DNA of 64,000 nt from Bacteroidia bacterium (lineage in GTDB: Bacteria; Bacteroidota; Bacteroidia; UBA8524): assembly GCA_037968475.1 (NCBI GenBank), contig JBBKVO010000018.1, forward strand, positions 108,603 to 172,602, written 5' to 3'. This document shows positions 48,538-57,988 of this stretch, piece after piece. The position numbers were made by a program, and so were the translations under genes. Under the pieces are notes generated by a model that saw only the letters and a list, made by a program, of their open reading frames with translations, made no database searches and was not told the origin of the DNA. Position 1 is the first letter of the stretch; the number at the start of each line of letters is the position of its first letter.

Positions 48538-50292
48538 ATGAAAAAAATCTTTTTAATCACCTTAGCCTTTGCTTCTATTGGTGCAAGTGCTCAATTCTTT
48601 CAACACAACTATGGCACTAAAGACAGTGAGAATGCAAGCAATGGGTTAAACACCACTGCAACAGGGTTGGGACATTTTATTGTCTCAAGTACTTTTAATT
48701 CTCCAACAAATGAAATTTTAGCGGTTAATACCGATATTAATGGAAATGTTGCCGCCTTTAATAATTTATATACTTTAACTCATTCATCTGGAGTATTGCT
48801 AGATATTGACAATACTTTACCTATCGAATTTAGTAACGGAAGCGGTTATGGTATTTTTGGCAGATTTCACGACCCAGGTCTTAGCATACCTACAGGTATT
48901 TTTTACCTTGAAATTGATCCCGCAGGAAACATTTTAAATGTTACTGAATACAATCCTATTAGCACTGTCGGCACAAATTATTATGTAGTAGAAGTTGCTG
49001 ATGTAACCGAATCATTAGGTGGTGGTTTCTTTTATATTACGGGGACTGTTGACCCCAGTATTATGGGTAACTTTTGGATTTTTGTTATAAAAATTGACCA
49101 AGCAGGAAATATAATATGGTCTATTGTAGACGACCTAGTAAACTCAACATCGGTATCACGTGATTGGGCAAAAGGGATTGTCGAAAGTCCGTATTCTCCT
49201 TCGGGTACTCCTGAATTGGTGGTTGTAGGACAAACCTATGATGGAGGAGGTTCAGCAGATGCATTTCTCGTAAGGCTTGATGCCAATAGCGGAACATCAC
49301 TAGCACCTGTAAATTTATATGGCACTACTACCAGTAATGAGATTTTTAATTCTATTAAGATAGCAAACAACACTATATCAGGTGCGCCCGGCTTTATTAT
49401 TGGCGGTAGTAGTGATATAAATAGTGGTGGTGCAAATCGTGATTTTTGGCTACTTCAAACAGATGACCAAGGTAATCCATTTTGGAGCTACACTTATGAT
49501 TATAATGGTAGTTCAGGCAATAACGATTACAGTACAGATGTAATTGAAAGGCTTAATACTGGGGGATTATATGAATACTATCTTGGCGGGCATACCAATA
49601 ATGGAAACCTTGGTGGTGCCGATTTGGTAGTTATAAAAACTGATAATTTAGGTAATGCCGTTGGTCAATTTACTTATGGTAGCCCTTCTGATGATGTTGG
49701 CACTTATCTTGACTATTACGACCTCGTGGGGCCTGATGGCTTAAGCGTTTTTGGTACATACAATGGAGGTGGTATAGGTTTAATGGATACATACCATGTA
49801 AAAGCTTATTTTAATGGTTTATCTGGTTGTAATGAAAATCTTGGTATGACCCATAATTTAATAGGCCCCGGCCTATTTATGAACTTACAGGATAGATTAA
49901 AAACAACATTTAAAAATGTTTCTATGACATCCGCCCTATCTAGTGCGAAAGATGCTAACCTTTGTTTCAACTTCTCTATACCCGGTGGTAGCAATGCACG
50001 CGTTGCTCCTGCTGAACCCAAAGGAGATAAAGAAGCAAAAATTAGCCCTAACCCAATTGCTCAAGGTGTACAATATGCCAATGTAGAAATTGATATTGAA
50101 AAACCTACAACCGCCCAAGTATCGGTGTACGATATGCTTGGTCGTAGCTACTATGCACAAACCTTTACTTTGGTAAAAGGCAAAAACAACCTAGTGCTTG
50201 ATATTAGTAATATTAACATGGCACAAGGTATGTATACTGTGAAAATACAAGGTGAAAACCTTAACCAAAACATAGCATTACTTGTGAAATAG
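48538..50292 (+). CDS. T9SS type-A C-terminal-domain secreted protein, paralog 3 (start at MKKIFLITLAF)
   Basis: The signal peptide starts at 48538. The ORF-track 5' extension covers the promoter region. Confidence 0.7.
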   Translation: MKKIFLITLAFASIGASAQFFQHNYGTKDSENASNGLNTTATGLGHFIVSSTFNSPTNEILAVNTDINGNVAAFNNLYTLTHSSGVLLDIDNTLPIEFSNGSGYGIFGRFHDPGLSIPTGIFYLEIDPAGNILNVTEYNPISTVGTNYYVVEVADVTESLGGGFFYITGTVDPSIMGNFWIFVIKIDQAGNIIWSIVDDLVNSTSVSRDWAKGIVESPYSPSGTPELVVVGQTYDGGGSADAFLVRLDANSGTSLAPVNLYGTTTSNEIFNSIKIANNTISGAPGFIIGGSSDINSGGANRDFWLLQTDDQGNPFWSYTYDYNGSSGNNDYSTDVIERLNTGGLYEYYLGGHTNNGNLGGADLVVIKTDNLGNAVGQFTYGSPSDDVGTYLDYYDLVGPDGLSVFGTYNGGGIGLMDTYHVKAYFNGLSGCNENLGMTHNLIGPGLFMNLQDRLKTTFKNVSMTSALSSAKDANLCFNFSIPGGSNARVAPAEPKGDKEAKISPNPIAQGVQYANVEIDIEKPTTAQVSVYDMLGRSYYAQTFTLVKGKNNLVLDISNINMAQGMYTVKIQGENLNQNIALLVK

Positions 50293-50324
50293 TATTTGTG
50301 CTGATAAATATTCATCACTTTATA

Positions 50325-50350
50325 AAAGCTACCTCAAAAGGGTAGCTTTT
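50325..50350 (+). terminator. Rho-independent terminator (module copy 3)
   Basis: AAAAGCTACC-TCAAAA-GGGTAGCTTTT. Confidence 0.65.
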
Positions 50351-50351
50351 A

Positions 50352-50408
50352 TTTTACAAACCCAAAACAGTATTTCACAAAACAGAAAGCTTATTTCACA
50401 AAGTGAAG
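50352..50408 (+). promoter_or_regulatory. Three TTT(C/T)ACAAA repeats at 21-bp spacing
   Basis: Repeats start at 50352 (degenerate), 50373 and 50394. Confidence 0.5.
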
Positions 50409-50467
50409 TCTTTTTTCCCCATTCCATTTATTCAAATTGTATACACATATTTTAAAAAACTATCATT

Positions 50468-52234
50468 ATGAAAAAACTATTTCTAATTGTATTTGCATTA
50501 ACCTCAATTGGAGCCAATGCACAGTATTTCCAACATCTGTATGGAAGCGTTGACGAAGAGCGCGATATATCAGGAGTGAACACCTTTATACAGCCACAGG
50601 GACATCTTATGGCATCAAACAATATTAACAACCAACTAGGTACATCAAACCTTATTGTTACCTACACTGATATAGATGGAAGAATACTAGGAGCACCAAA
50701 CTTTAATAATGAGTATGTGATAACCTCACCTATTTCGGGAAACGCAGTATCAATATCATCGGCCAAAGTATTTGAGCTTGAAAATGGCAGTGGCTTTGGC
50801 GTAGTTGGCTTATACAGAGACAATTTATTACCCCAACCCGGTATTTTTTATTTACAGCTTGACCCTATGGGTAATGCGCTAACTATATACGATTATACAC
50901 CCAACTCGGGTATTATAGCTTGGTATAGCCTATTAAATGTGGGAGCAGTATCAAAATCACCCGGTACTGATGATTTGTACATTACAGGTGGAACAGAATC
51001 TAGCGCCGCAGCAAATTTTTTATACGCTTTAAAAATAAATACTATGACAGGTACTATACTTTGGTCGAGTTTTTATGATATAGTGCAACCAAATTCCCCC
51101 AAAAAAGAATCGGCTGCAGATATTATAGAAAGCCCCTATATGCCATTAGGTCAAACTGAAGTAATAATTGTAGGTAGCGGATATGATGTAACTTCAACTA
51201 GTATTGATGGATTCCTTATCCGCTTAAATGCAAATACGGGGATCCCTATGGTGGGTTGGGCTAACTACTATGGTACCACAGCAACTTCTGAAAAATTTTC
51301 AAGTATCGATATTGCCAGCAGCACCGCAGGTGGCTCAGATGGTTTTATTATTGGCGGAACAGCAGCAGGGGGCGATTTTTGGCTAATAAAAGTTGATCCT
51401 ACGGGCTCAACCATTTGGTCTCACGTATACGATAACAGCTTATTACCGGGTAATAGTGATGAATGCCACGATGTAAAAGAAAGACTTAATACATCAGGTA
51501 ATTATGAGTATTACGCTTGTGGAACAACGGGAAACATTAGCGGAAGCTCTGATATAATGGTAATAAAAACCGATGATTTGGGAAATGGAGTAGCAAACGG
51601 AGAGTTCACCTACAACAGCGGCATAGGTGTGGTTGATATGGGATATGCGCTTGACCAATATAATGGTACTGGAGCTGATGGACTAAGCATTTATGGTATA
51701 TCCTTCAACGGCAGTATTGGTCTAGCCGATCAATATCTTATCAAAGCATACTTTAATGGTAAATCAGGCTGTAACGAATCATTTAGCACTCCTAACGCAC
51801 AACTGGGAGCTGATTGGTATAGCGAAACTACATTGGATTATTTTGACAACTTCTCAGTAAGTACAATGTTATCAACCCAAGGTTCTGTTAGCGATTTTAA
51901 CCTTTGCTATAGGCGCAGAATAATCGGTGGTAGCAATGCACTAGTAGCTCCCGATGAACCTAAAGGTGATAAAGAAGCAAAAGTTAGCCCTAACCCTATT
52001 GCACAAGGCACACAATATGCGGCTCTTGAAGTTGAGATTGAGCAGCCTACAACCGCCCAAGTATCAGTGTACGATATGCTTGGCCGTAGCTACTATGCAC
52101 AAACCTTTACATTAGTAAAAGGCAAAAACAACTTAATGCTTGATATTAGCAATATCAATATGGCACAAGGAATGTATACAGTGAAAATACAAGGAGAAAA
52201 CCTTAATAAAAATATAGTACTGCTGGTAAAATAA
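50468..52234 (+). CDS. T9SS type-A C-terminal-domain secreted protein, paralog 4
   Basis: Same architecture and conserved C-terminal block as paralogs 1-3. Confidence 0.7.
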   Translation: MKKLFLIVFALTSIGANAQYFQHLYGSVDEERDISGVNTFIQPQGHLMASNNINNQLGTSNLIVTYTDIDGRILGAPNFNNEYVITSPISGNAVSISSAKVFELENGSGFGVVGLYRDNLLPQPGIFYLQLDPMGNALTIYDYTPNSGIIAWYSLLNVGAVSKSPGTDDLYITGGTESSAAANFLYALKINTMTGTILWSSFYDIVQPNSPKKESAADIIESPYMPLGQTEVIIVGSGYDVTSTSIDGFLIRLNANTGIPMVGWANYYGTTATSEKFSSIDIASSTAGGSDGFIIGGTAAGGDFWLIKVDPTGSTIWSHVYDNSLLPGNSDECHDVKERLNTSGNYEYYACGTTGNISGSSDIMVIKTDDLGNGVANGEFTYNSGIGVVDMGYALDQYNGTGADGLSIYGISFNGSIGLADQYLIKAYFNGKSGCNESFSTPNAQLGADWYSETTLDYFDNFSVSTMLSTQGSVSDFNLCYRRRIIGGSNALVAPDEPKGDKEAKVSPNPIAQGTQYAALEVEIEQPTTAQVSVYDMLGRSYYAQTFTLVKGKNNLMLDISNINMAQGMYTVKIQGENLNKNIVLLVK

Positions 52235-52265
52235 ACCACAGCATGCCTCTCAAACCTACCTATAT

Positions 52266-52295
52266 ATGTATGCTGAAAAGGGGGCTTTTGTCCCC
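52266..52295. terminator. Hairpin terminator between convergent genes
   Basis: AAAAGGGGGC-TTTTG-TCCCCTTTTT. Confidence 0.5.
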
Positions 52296-52328
52296 TTTTT
52301 CTTTTATCTCAATTGTTGATTAATCCAA

Positions 52329-52697
52329 CTAGCGATTCATATCCCAAGCTGCAAACAGCTTATCTATCAATCGGCTTTCGTCGTCAGTCATTTGCTTATC
52401 GGCCATTACTACCTTCATAGCAAACTCAACCAATTTATTTCTTTCCTTTGTGTCCGATATAGAATAAAACTTATCACATACCTCTTCAAAGTGTGTGTAA
52501 TGTTCTGATGGAGGCAAAGCAGTAAGAAATGCTTGTTCTTTTATCAAGTCCATCTCTTCATCAAAATTCTTCTCTAAAAAATCAAGAATGACTCTTTTTT
52601 CTTTACTATCAGAAGAACCATCGGCACGAGAAAGAATGCCTAGTAAGTGAAATGCCGACTCGCATTTATTTAGTTTTGCTATAAAATTGGTGCTCAT
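52329..52697 (-). CDS. TerB-like (tellurite-resistance / DjlA N-domain-like) small protein
   Basis: 122 aa. The helical pattern resembles TerB. Weak evidence. Confidence 0.4.
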   Translation of the reverse strand: MSTNFIAKLNKCESAFHLLGILSRADGSSDSKEKRVILDFLEKNFDEEMDLIKEQAFLTALPPSEHYTHFEEVCDKFYSISDTKERNKLVEFAMKVVMADKQMTDDESRLIDKLFAAWDMNR

Positions 52698-52722
52698 AAA
52701 CTCTTGTCAAATCTAACTAAAA

Positions 52723-53769
52723 TTAAAAAATTGTCCACCCTTTTGTGAGTACATAGCTAATATAACCATTTTGCATTTGCAAAGGGCTTTCAAAATTATT
52801 TGTAAACAACTGCCCTGTGCCCAGTCCCTGCGGCATTGTTACCTTATACTGCGAGGTAAATTGTGCAATGGCATTTAAGCCCACATTACTCTCTAAAGCT
52901 GATGTTACCCACCAACCTATATTGTTTTTATTAGCTAAATCTATCCATTGTTTGCTTGCTTCAAAGCCACCAAGCAAACCAGGTTTAAGTATTATATATG
53001 CAGGTTTTATAAAGGTTAGCAGTTTTTGCCCTTGTGTGCTCACAGGTATGCCTATTAGTTCTTCATCTAAAGCAACATGTATTTTACTTTTAGCACAAAT
53101 TTCTTGCATAGCATCCCATTGGCCTTGTTTTATGGGCTGCTCAATACTGTGCACCTCAAAACGGGCAAGTTCTTTCAACTGCTCTAAAGCCATATCAGGT
53201 GCAAAAGCACCATTAGCATCTAGGCGTATTTCTACTTCAAAAGCATTGTGCTTTTTACGCAATGCCTCTAGCATTCGGCACTCTTCGTCAAAGTCAAGTG
53301 CTCCAATCTTAAATTTTATACAGGTAAACCCCTCTGCAATTTTCTCTTTAGCTTGTTGCAGCATACCGGCACTATCACTCATCCAAACAAGCCCGTTTAT
53401 GGGCAACTTTGTTCCTTTAGTGTAGAAAGAAGTATCAAATATTTTTCGTGTACCACCGTTTTTCAAATCGAGCATAGCTGTTTCTATACCGAAATTGATA
53501 GAAGGCCATTGCTCTAAGCTTAAATCAAATGGAGATATACCATCGTTTATAAGTTGAACAGTTTGGTTTAGTTTATCTTCAAAACCATCAACATCATCAA
53601 TACTCAGGCTTTTTAATGGGCTGATTTCGCCAATACCTTTAGTATCAGGTTGTTTTTCGTTGTATAGCTGTATTAGCCACAATGGTTTTTGGGTAAGTGT
53701 GTTGCGCGATGTTTTAGCAGGACTTTTAAACTCAAGATTATGTTTTGAAACTACAGCAGCTAACTTCAT
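52723..53769 (-). CDS. menC: o-Succinylbenzoate synthase-like enolase-superfamily enzyme
   Basis: Enolase-superfamily metal-ligand pattern (IRLDANGAF, VALDEEL). It is immediately downstream of menA. Confidence 0.6.
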   Translation of the reverse strand: MKLAAVVSKHNLEFKSPAKTSRNTLTQKPLWLIQLYNEKQPDTKGIGEISPLKSLSIDDVDGFEDKLNQTVQLINDGISPFDLSLEQWPSINFGIETAMLDLKNGGTRKIFDTSFYTKGTKLPINGLVWMSDSAGMLQQAKEKIAEGFTCIKFKIGALDFDEECRMLEALRKKHNAFEVEIRLDANGAFAPDMALEQLKELARFEVHSIEQPIKQGQWDAMQEICAKSKIHVALDEELIGIPVSTQGQKLLTFIKPAYIILKPGLLGGFEASKQWIDLANKNNIGWWVTSALESNVGLNAIAQFTSQYKVTMPQGLGTGQLFTNNFESPLQMQNGYISYVLTKGWTIF

Positions 53770-53772
53770 TAT

Positions 53773-54696
53773 CTAAACAAAAAAACTAATAATAAATAGC
53801 CCCACAGCCAACAATGCTGAACCTAACGAAGTGAATTTTAGCTCTTTATTAAGTGCTAACTCCTCCCCTTCTTTATTTTTTTGTACTCTTTTAAAGCTGA
53901 AAAATAATGGTATCCACAAAACAGTCATTGCCATAAACACCCAAAGACTATCAATATTACGACTCACAAAAAAAGCGATTGAATTATACCCTACTAAAAA
54001 GAGTATTAATTGATATCGTTTAGCTTTATGCCTACCCAAACGCACGGCTACAGTTATTTTGTTGCTGGCTTTATCATTCTCAATATCGCGGATATTATTA
54101 ATGTTTAGCACACTTACCGATAAGCAACCCATACAAATGGCAGGCAAAAGTATTTGCCAATCAAGCTGGCCTGTGATAAGAAAGTATGTTCCGCCAACGG
54201 CAACAAAACCAAAAAATATAAACACAAAAATATCGCCCAAACCGCTATAGCCATAGGCACTTTTACCTATTGTATATTTTATAGCCGCTGCAATAGCGGC
54301 TAATCCTATGCCTATCATGGCAAAAGTTTGCCAACTACTAAAGTTTTTCAAACCAAGCCATATCACCCATATTCCGCAAGCAAGGCTGAGTACTGAAAAA
54401 AGTACTACGGCACGTAGCATGGCTTTTTCTGTTATTATACCTGATTGCAATGCTCGTGCAGGACCTTTGCGTTGGTCGTTATCAGTTCCTTTTTTAAAAT
54501 CGCCATAATCATTGGCAAGGTTAGAGAGTATTTGTAAAAAAATAGCGGTAACAAGACATAGTATATATATATCCCATTGAAAAACACCATTAACTTTAGC
54601 GGTAAAAGCGCCCATGGTAATAGCCCCAAGGGCAAGGGGAAGCGTGCGTAGCCTAAATGCTTGTAGCCAGTTTTTTAGCATAAATTGGACACGCAA
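53773..54696 (-). CDS. menA: 1,4-dihydroxy-2-naphthoate polyprenyltransferase
   Basis: UbiA-family multi-TM protein with an NDYGDFKKGTD Asp-rich motif. Confidence 0.85.
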   Translation of the reverse strand: MRVQFMLKNWLQAFRLRTLPLALGAITMGAFTAKVNGVFQWDIYILCLVTAIFLQILSNLANDYGDFKKGTDNDQRKGPARALQSGIITEKAMLRAVVLFSVLSLACGIWVIWLGLKNFSSWQTFAMIGIGLAAIAAAIKYTIGKSAYGYSGLGDIFVFIFFGFVAVGGTYFLITGQLDWQILLPAICMGCLSVSVLNINNIRDIENDKASNKITVAVRLGRHKAKRYQLILFLVGYNSIAFFVSRNIDSLWVFMAMTVLWIPLFFSFKRVQKNKEGEELALNKELKFTSLGSALLAVGLFIISFFV

Positions 54697-54722
54697 TTTA
54701 CACTTTGCGGCTGTAAAGGACT

Positions 54723-55391
54723 TTATTTTTTCTTCTTAAAATCGCCGTTTTTCCACGCCTTTATAAACTGTGCCCACGCAAACGGATTAAGAATGTTGAT
54801 GGGAGGGGCTTGGCCTGCATAGTAGTATTTTGCAGCCTCGCGACGTATCATATAATCCTGATTTTCTGGCCCATCAGCTCCCATAGCGGCAGCTTGTTGA
54901 CGTAGTAATTCGCTTTCTAAATTCCTTTTGGCCAACACGTCCATTTCATCTTCGGGCAGGTTTAGTGTTGCAAAATAATAGGGTAATAATGCACTGCTAA
55001 TAAATGGAGTAACGATAACAGTGGATACGGTAAATGTATCAGCCGTTAAAGTGATTATCATTGAATACAGTTTACTTTTTAAATTATTGGGTACAACATA
55101 CTCGTTGCGTTTATACCCTATGCGAGTAAACAAAACAGTATCACCCGGGTGGGTTACAAGTGTAAATATACCTTGCATGTTACTTATAGTTCCAAAAATC
55201 CTTCCTTTCACACGTATATTAACATCTTCTAACCCAATAAGGCTATCGCTGCTTAGTACAATACCCGAAAATTGAATTAGCGAATCATTCTTCTTGTTTG
55301 ATTGTGCCCAAAGTTGATTGGTCATAGCCAATAACAACAACAGCACAAGCGAAATATTTTTATAACCGAACCTCATTTGTATATATAACAA
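54723..55391 (-). CDS. Hypothetical secreted protein with a CarboxypepD_reg-like beta-sandwich
   Basis: Signal peptide and a FSGIVLSSDSLIGLEDVNIRVKG... segment. Confidence 0.4.
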   Translation of the reverse strand: MLYIQMRFGYKNISLVLLLLLAMTNQLWAQSNKKNDSLIQFSGIVLSSDSLIGLEDVNIRVKGRIFGTISNMQGIFTLVTHPGDTVLFTRIGYKRNEYVVPNNLKSKLYSMIITLTADTFTVSTVIVTPFISSALLPYYFATLNLPEDEMDVLAKRNLESELLRQQAAAMGADGPENQDYMIRREAAKYYYAGQAPPINILNPFAWAQFIKAWKNGDFKKKK

Positions 55392-55419
55392 AGTTAATAT
55401 ATTGTATTCTTTGTATTCA

Positions 55420-56643
55420 CTAAATTATAAAACCCAAAACCAGCGTTAGTACAACTACCAATGGCGATGGTATTTTGGTATATAACAATAATAGTACCGT
55501 AGCCACTATTACTAGTATGTTTTGCCATTCATAATACTCTATACCTCTAAAAAGTAAATAGGCTGCGGCCAAAATTAATCCTGCCGATGCTGCTGCAATA
55601 CCATCAAAGGCACGAGTAACTAACGGATGTTTCTTTACTTTATTCCAAATAGGGTACAAAAACATTATAAATAATGCCCCAGGTAAAAATATAGCAATGG
55701 TGCCAATAAGGCCACCCAAAATTTGCCAAGGTATGCCCCAATCTTTCATTATCATACTACCAGTATAGGCTGAAAGGCTAAATACGGGGCCTGGTATAGC
55801 TTGCACAAAACCTACACCTGTAATAAACTCTTCAGAAGTAAGGTAGTGTTTAAACGATACAAATTGTTCATACATCATGGGTATAAGCACATTGCCGCCT
55901 CCAAATACCAAACTACCAAAGCGGTACGAGTTTTCAAAAACTAAAAACGGCCGTGCCTCATCAATACCATCGGTCATTTTTACAATGGCTGCTGATACAA
56001 CAGCGACTATGAAAACAACAAAAAAGTAGGTTAAGTTTCTCCAGCGTATTTTTATTTTGGGTTTTTTATACACAATACCACCTTGTTTGTTGTAACGCAT
56101 AGCTATAGCCCCACCCAAAAGTATGATAAGCGGGTAGGCGTAAGGGCCTAAAAACTGTAGCGATGCTAACAAGGCTGCCCCAAAAAACAAGAAAATATTG
56201 AGGCGTTTGGTTTTTATGATTTTAAAAATTTTAATAGCCGCAACTAATATAAACCCCACTGCCATAGGTTGCAGATATTTCAAAAAGTCTTTGTTAGGCG
56301 ATACTTCTTGATAGTATTTATAAGAGATGCCCAAAAAAGTCATAATAATACTTGCAGGCAAAATCCATATCAGTAAGGTGGTAAATGCCCTAATAGGGCC
56401 TCCCATACGGTAGCCTATTGCTGTAATTGTTTGTGTTGATGTTGGCCCTGGTAGTATTTGACAAAAGGCATAAATATCTAAAAACTCTTTCTGAGTAAGG
56501 TATTGCTTTTCATCAACTAAGCGTTTAATAAACAAGGCTAAATGTGTACCAGGCCCGCCTACACAAGTGAGGGCAAGTATTAAAATATCTTTGTAGTAGA
56601 TATTTTTTTTTATTTGCTTTACTTTGGCAGAAGGTAAGTGCAC
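55420..56643 (-). CDS. chrA: Chromate transporter (two CHR repeats)
   Basis: Internally duplicated multi-TM protein of ChrA size. Confidence 0.7.
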   Translation of the reverse strand: MHLPSAKVKQIKKNIYYKDILILALTCVGGPGTHLALFIKRLVDEKQYLTQKEFLDIYAFCQILPGPTSTQTITAIGYRMGGPIRAFTTLLIWILPASIIMTFLGISYKYYQEVSPNKDFLKYLQPMAVGFILVAAIKIFKIIKTKRLNIFLFFGAALLASLQFLGPYAYPLIILLGGAIAMRYNKQGGIVYKKPKIKIRWRNLTYFFVVFIVAVVSAAIVKMTDGIDEARPFLVFENSYRFGSLVFGGGNVLIPMMYEQFVSFKHYLTSEEFITGVGFVQAIPGPVFSLSAYTGSMIMKDWGIPWQILGGLIGTIAIFLPGALFIMFLYPIWNKVKKHPLVTRAFDGIAAASAGLILAAAYLLFRGIEYYEWQNILVIVATVLLLLYTKIPSPLVVVLTLVLGFII

Positions 56644-56670
56644 CAGCGGGTAGATACTAAAGAATTATAA

Positions 56671-57228
56671 TTGGCAACAAAAATAGAATTTATTAACCAT
56701 AGCATGAATTTTTTTAAGGTAACAATTGGTATAGGCTTGTTTTTTTTTATTGTTGCGGGGCAATGGGCTTGCAGTGAGCCTATTACTGATTATACACGTG
56801 AAAAAGTTTTTTTAGATAGTATTGATAATACACTAAAAGCTACTGAACTAAGTTTAAATATTGATGAGAAAGAGCTTGAAACACGTATAGCCACCATTAA
56901 TACTTGGTATATAAAACTTAGCGATACTACCTATGATGTAGCTAAGAAAATGCAGGTAGATTTTAATGGTTTTAAGATAGTGTATAGTAGATATATAGAA
57001 AACTTTTTTGCATACAGCACAGCCACAAACCTACACAAAAACAGTTTTGAACAGCTAAAAGCCGATGTTGAGAAACAAAAAATAACCCGCGATGATTTTA
57101 AGCAACGCTATACTATACTGAAAAGAGAGGTTGACGCTACTCATACTGCTGCTAAAAGCATAGCCAAACCGGTATACGATTTAGAATTTAGCTGGAAAAG
57201 ATATTATAAAACGATGAACAGTTGGTAA
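56671..57228 (+). CDS. Hypothetical protein (possible lipoprotein)
   Basis: N-terminal hydrophobic segment with Cys (WACSEP). Confidence 0.4.
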   Translation: MATKIEFINHSMNFFKVTIGIGLFFFIVAGQWACSEPITDYTREKVFLDSIDNTLKATELSLNIDEKELETRIATINTWYIKLSDTTYDVAKKMQVDFNGFKIVYSRYIENFFAYSTATNLHKNSFEQLKADVEKQKITRDDFKQRYTILKREVDATHTAAKSIAKPVYDLEFSWKRYYKTMNSW

Positions 57229-57234
57229 TAACAG

Positions 57235-57846
57235 CTATTCACCATTTGAAGCAGAAGTATTTAATTGCTTTTGCTTATCGCTTAAAATAGTTTCAGCATG
57301 GGCTTTTATGTGCATATCTGAAAATGGCACATATTCTTCAGGAGTTTCGGGGTGTTTCTTCAAAATGCGGTGTACCCAAAGTACGTCGTGCCATTGATTA
57401 TTTTTATAACCTACCTTTTTGTATACACCAACAGGCGTAAATCCCAGTTTTATATGAAACATTGTGCTGCTTTCATTAGGCTGTGCTATTCCTGCATACA
57501 CATTTATCACATTTTGATGGTTCAGTATTTCTAGCAATGCTTCATAAAGCAATTTAGCTAATCCCCTACCCTGATAATCGTTGTGTACATATATGGAACT
57601 TTCGGCACACCAACGGTATGCTGTTCTATCACGGTGTTTTTTTGCATAGGAATACCCTACTATTTTTCCTTCGTATTCTGCTATAATCCAAGGGAATTCA
57701 ATAAGCATTTCATCAATTTGCTGGCAAAATACCTTTGCCTCTTCTACATCATAATCAAATGTTACGTTTGTTTCTTTCACATACGGAGTATATATAGCCA
57801 ATATCCCCTCGGCATCTTCACTGCGAGCTATTCTTAGATTTATCAT
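57235..57846 (-). CDS. GNAT-family N-acetyltransferase
   Basis: Q/RGRGLAKLLYEAL acetyl-CoA-binding motif. Confidence 0.8.
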   Translation of the reverse strand: MINLRIARSEDAEGILAIYTPYVKETNVTFDYDVEEAKVFCQQIDEMLIEFPWIIAEYEGKIVGYSYAKKHRDRTAYRWCAESSIYVHNDYQGRGLAKLLYEALLEILNHQNVINVYAGIAQPNESSTMFHIKLGFTPVGVYKKVGYKNNQWHDVLWVHRILKKHPETPEEYVPFSDMHIKAHAETILSDKQKQLNTSASNGE

Positions 57847-57988
57847 TAAGTTAAACTACCAACTAAAAAATGTAAACTATTAAAAAACAAGTACTTAAGC
57901 GCAATGTAAAAAAATCATTTTTAAGCCTAAACTATTTTTTTACATAAATTTTAACTATGATATAGTAATCATAGTTACAAAACTAGAG

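Noticed and set aside
46461-50408. Considered whether the phased short repeats could be a CRISPR array
   Set aside because: Repeat units are only 9-10 bp with 11-12 bp spacers. They have no spacer-like diversity pattern, are located in promoters, and no cas genes are present.
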